Positions 34,152 to 35,027 of a DNA stretch of 35,027 nucleotides are shown here, piece by piece (the stretch's first letter is position 1; each line of letters opens with the position of its first letter). The DNA comes from Chitinophaga pinensis (lineage in GTDB: Bacteria > Bacteroidota > Bacteroidia > UKL13-3). Position numbers and translations under genes: made by a program. The stretch spans positions 1 through 35,027 of the forward strand of contig CALPIR020000002.1 of the NCBI GenBank assembly GCA_943323675.2. The letters are read 5' to 3'. Under the pieces are notes generated by a model. The model was not told the DNA's origin and did not search any database. It saw only the letters and a list, made by a program, of their open reading frames with translations.

Positions 34152-35027
34152 TTAGAAGGAATAATTTATCCCCACAGTGGGAATAATAGGCAACTGATTG
34201 ATGCGCGTAAAGCGAGCTCTGTCGAAATAGAAAATGTTATCGCGGTTGTATACGTTGGTAGCAGCCGCTGTTAGGGTCATGGTTTGATTTTTCTTGAGAG
34301 TCAGTTTTTTAGACAGTGACACATCCATGCGGTGGAAACTTGGTAAACGACCATTGTTTATGTCTGTATAATAAACACCAATATTTCCATTTTGCGTTAA
34401 AGGATTACCTGTTGCTCCTGTATTTAACTTTTCATAAAAACCTTGTGTTTGTGTAAACGGAAATCCTGAACCAAAATTCCAACGCGTATTTAAGTTCCAA
34501 GAACGTTTTTTATCAAACGTATAAGTTGCTACAATATTAACATTGTGTCGTCTGTCAAAGTGCGGAGAATATGTTCTTGTGCCATCAAAACGTTCAACAT
34601 AAGTTAAGCTGTATACAGCCCATAAATACAATTTCTTAAACTCATATTTATATTTAAAATCCATACCGTACGAACTACCAATTTCAATGGCAAAATCATT
34701 ACGTTGGTATTCTGGCTTAGTTAAGTCGTTTTCATCGTAAAGTTTATCTCTGTTAATATTGGTTAACTGAGTAAAATCTTTATAAAAACCTTCTATATTA
34801 ATTTCTTGGTGTTGTCCTAAATCCAATTCAATACCTGCGCCATAATGCCAAGCTCTTTGTAAAGCGCTATTTACATTTTGTCCGTTAAATTTACGGGGTA
34901 AGTTTTCAGGCCCTGATAAGAAACCATAGAATAGATTCACTACATCTTGGTCGTTAACTGCAGCAATTAAATTTTGTGTGTAAAACCCTCCAGCCGCTTT
35001 TAGTCTTATTTTTTCGGTAAGGTTATA
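34152..35027 (-). CDS. C-terminal part of a TonB-dependent-receptor-like outer-membrane beta-barrel; 5' end outside the window
   Basis: The frame stays open from 34940 to the window edge at 35027 (I translated it by hand: YNLTEKIRLKAAGGFYTQNLIAAVNDQDVVNLFYGF...). Beta-strand periodicity is present and the terminus is TVGINYSF, with an aromatic final residue. Confidence 0.6.
   Translation of the reverse strand, partial: YNLTEKIRLKAAGGFYTQNLIAAVNDQDVVNLFYGFLSGPENLPRKFNGQNVNSALQRAWHYGAGIELDLGQHQEINIEGFYKDFTQLTNINRDKLYDENDLTKPEYQRNDFAIEIGSSYGMDFKYKYEFKKLYLWAVYSLTYVERFDGTRTYSPHFDRRHNVNIVATYTFDKKRSWNLNTRWNFGSGFPFTQTQGFYEKLNTGATGNPLTQNGNIGVYYTDINNGRLPSFHRMDVSLSKKLTLKKNQTMTLTAAATNVYNRDNIFYFDRARFTRINQLPIIPTVGINYSF

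Overview
35-kb chromosomal segment of a low-GC Bacteroidota genome. That assignment is an inference from T9SS type A and type B C-terminal sorting domains, TAnnTTTG-type -7 promoter boxes, and no obvious Shine-Dalgarno sequences; it is probably an aquatic Flavobacteriales-like organism. I support 26 densely packed protein-coding genes, two of them truncated by the window edges. They are mostly housekeeping or envelope functions. Left to right: a PKD-repeat T9SS adhesin, an ACMSD-like amidohydrolase, a degT-ugd-uxs nucleotide-sugar operon, an unknown secreted protein coupled to Kdo transferase (waaA), ybaB, gcvP, a vWA-cupin-Zn-phosphoesterase operon, a secreted EEP nuclease/phosphatase, a ferredoxin, a LuxC-type acyl-CoA reductase, a CxxCH T9SS protein, a solitary biotin-carrier protein, an M1 aminopeptidase lipoprotein and an HD hydrolase. 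The right end is a co-directional envelope cluster: PBP1-like protein, HU-like/SPOR protein, beta-barrel, 1014-aa TPR protein and a TonB-receptor-like barrel. The stand-out locus is 18.7-21.5 kb. It holds a DTE-motif proteorhodopsin (Met at the spectral-tuning site, Gly at the xanthorhodopsin antenna position), then a strong intrinsic terminator, then one 681-aa ORF fusing a lycopene cyclase domain to a Brp/Blh beta-carotene 15,15'-dioxygenase domain. That fusion gene is visibly more AT-rich than its neighbours. Reading by eye, I found no rRNA, tRNA, CRISPR array, transposase or integrase. All homology calls rest on motif recognition; no database search was possible.
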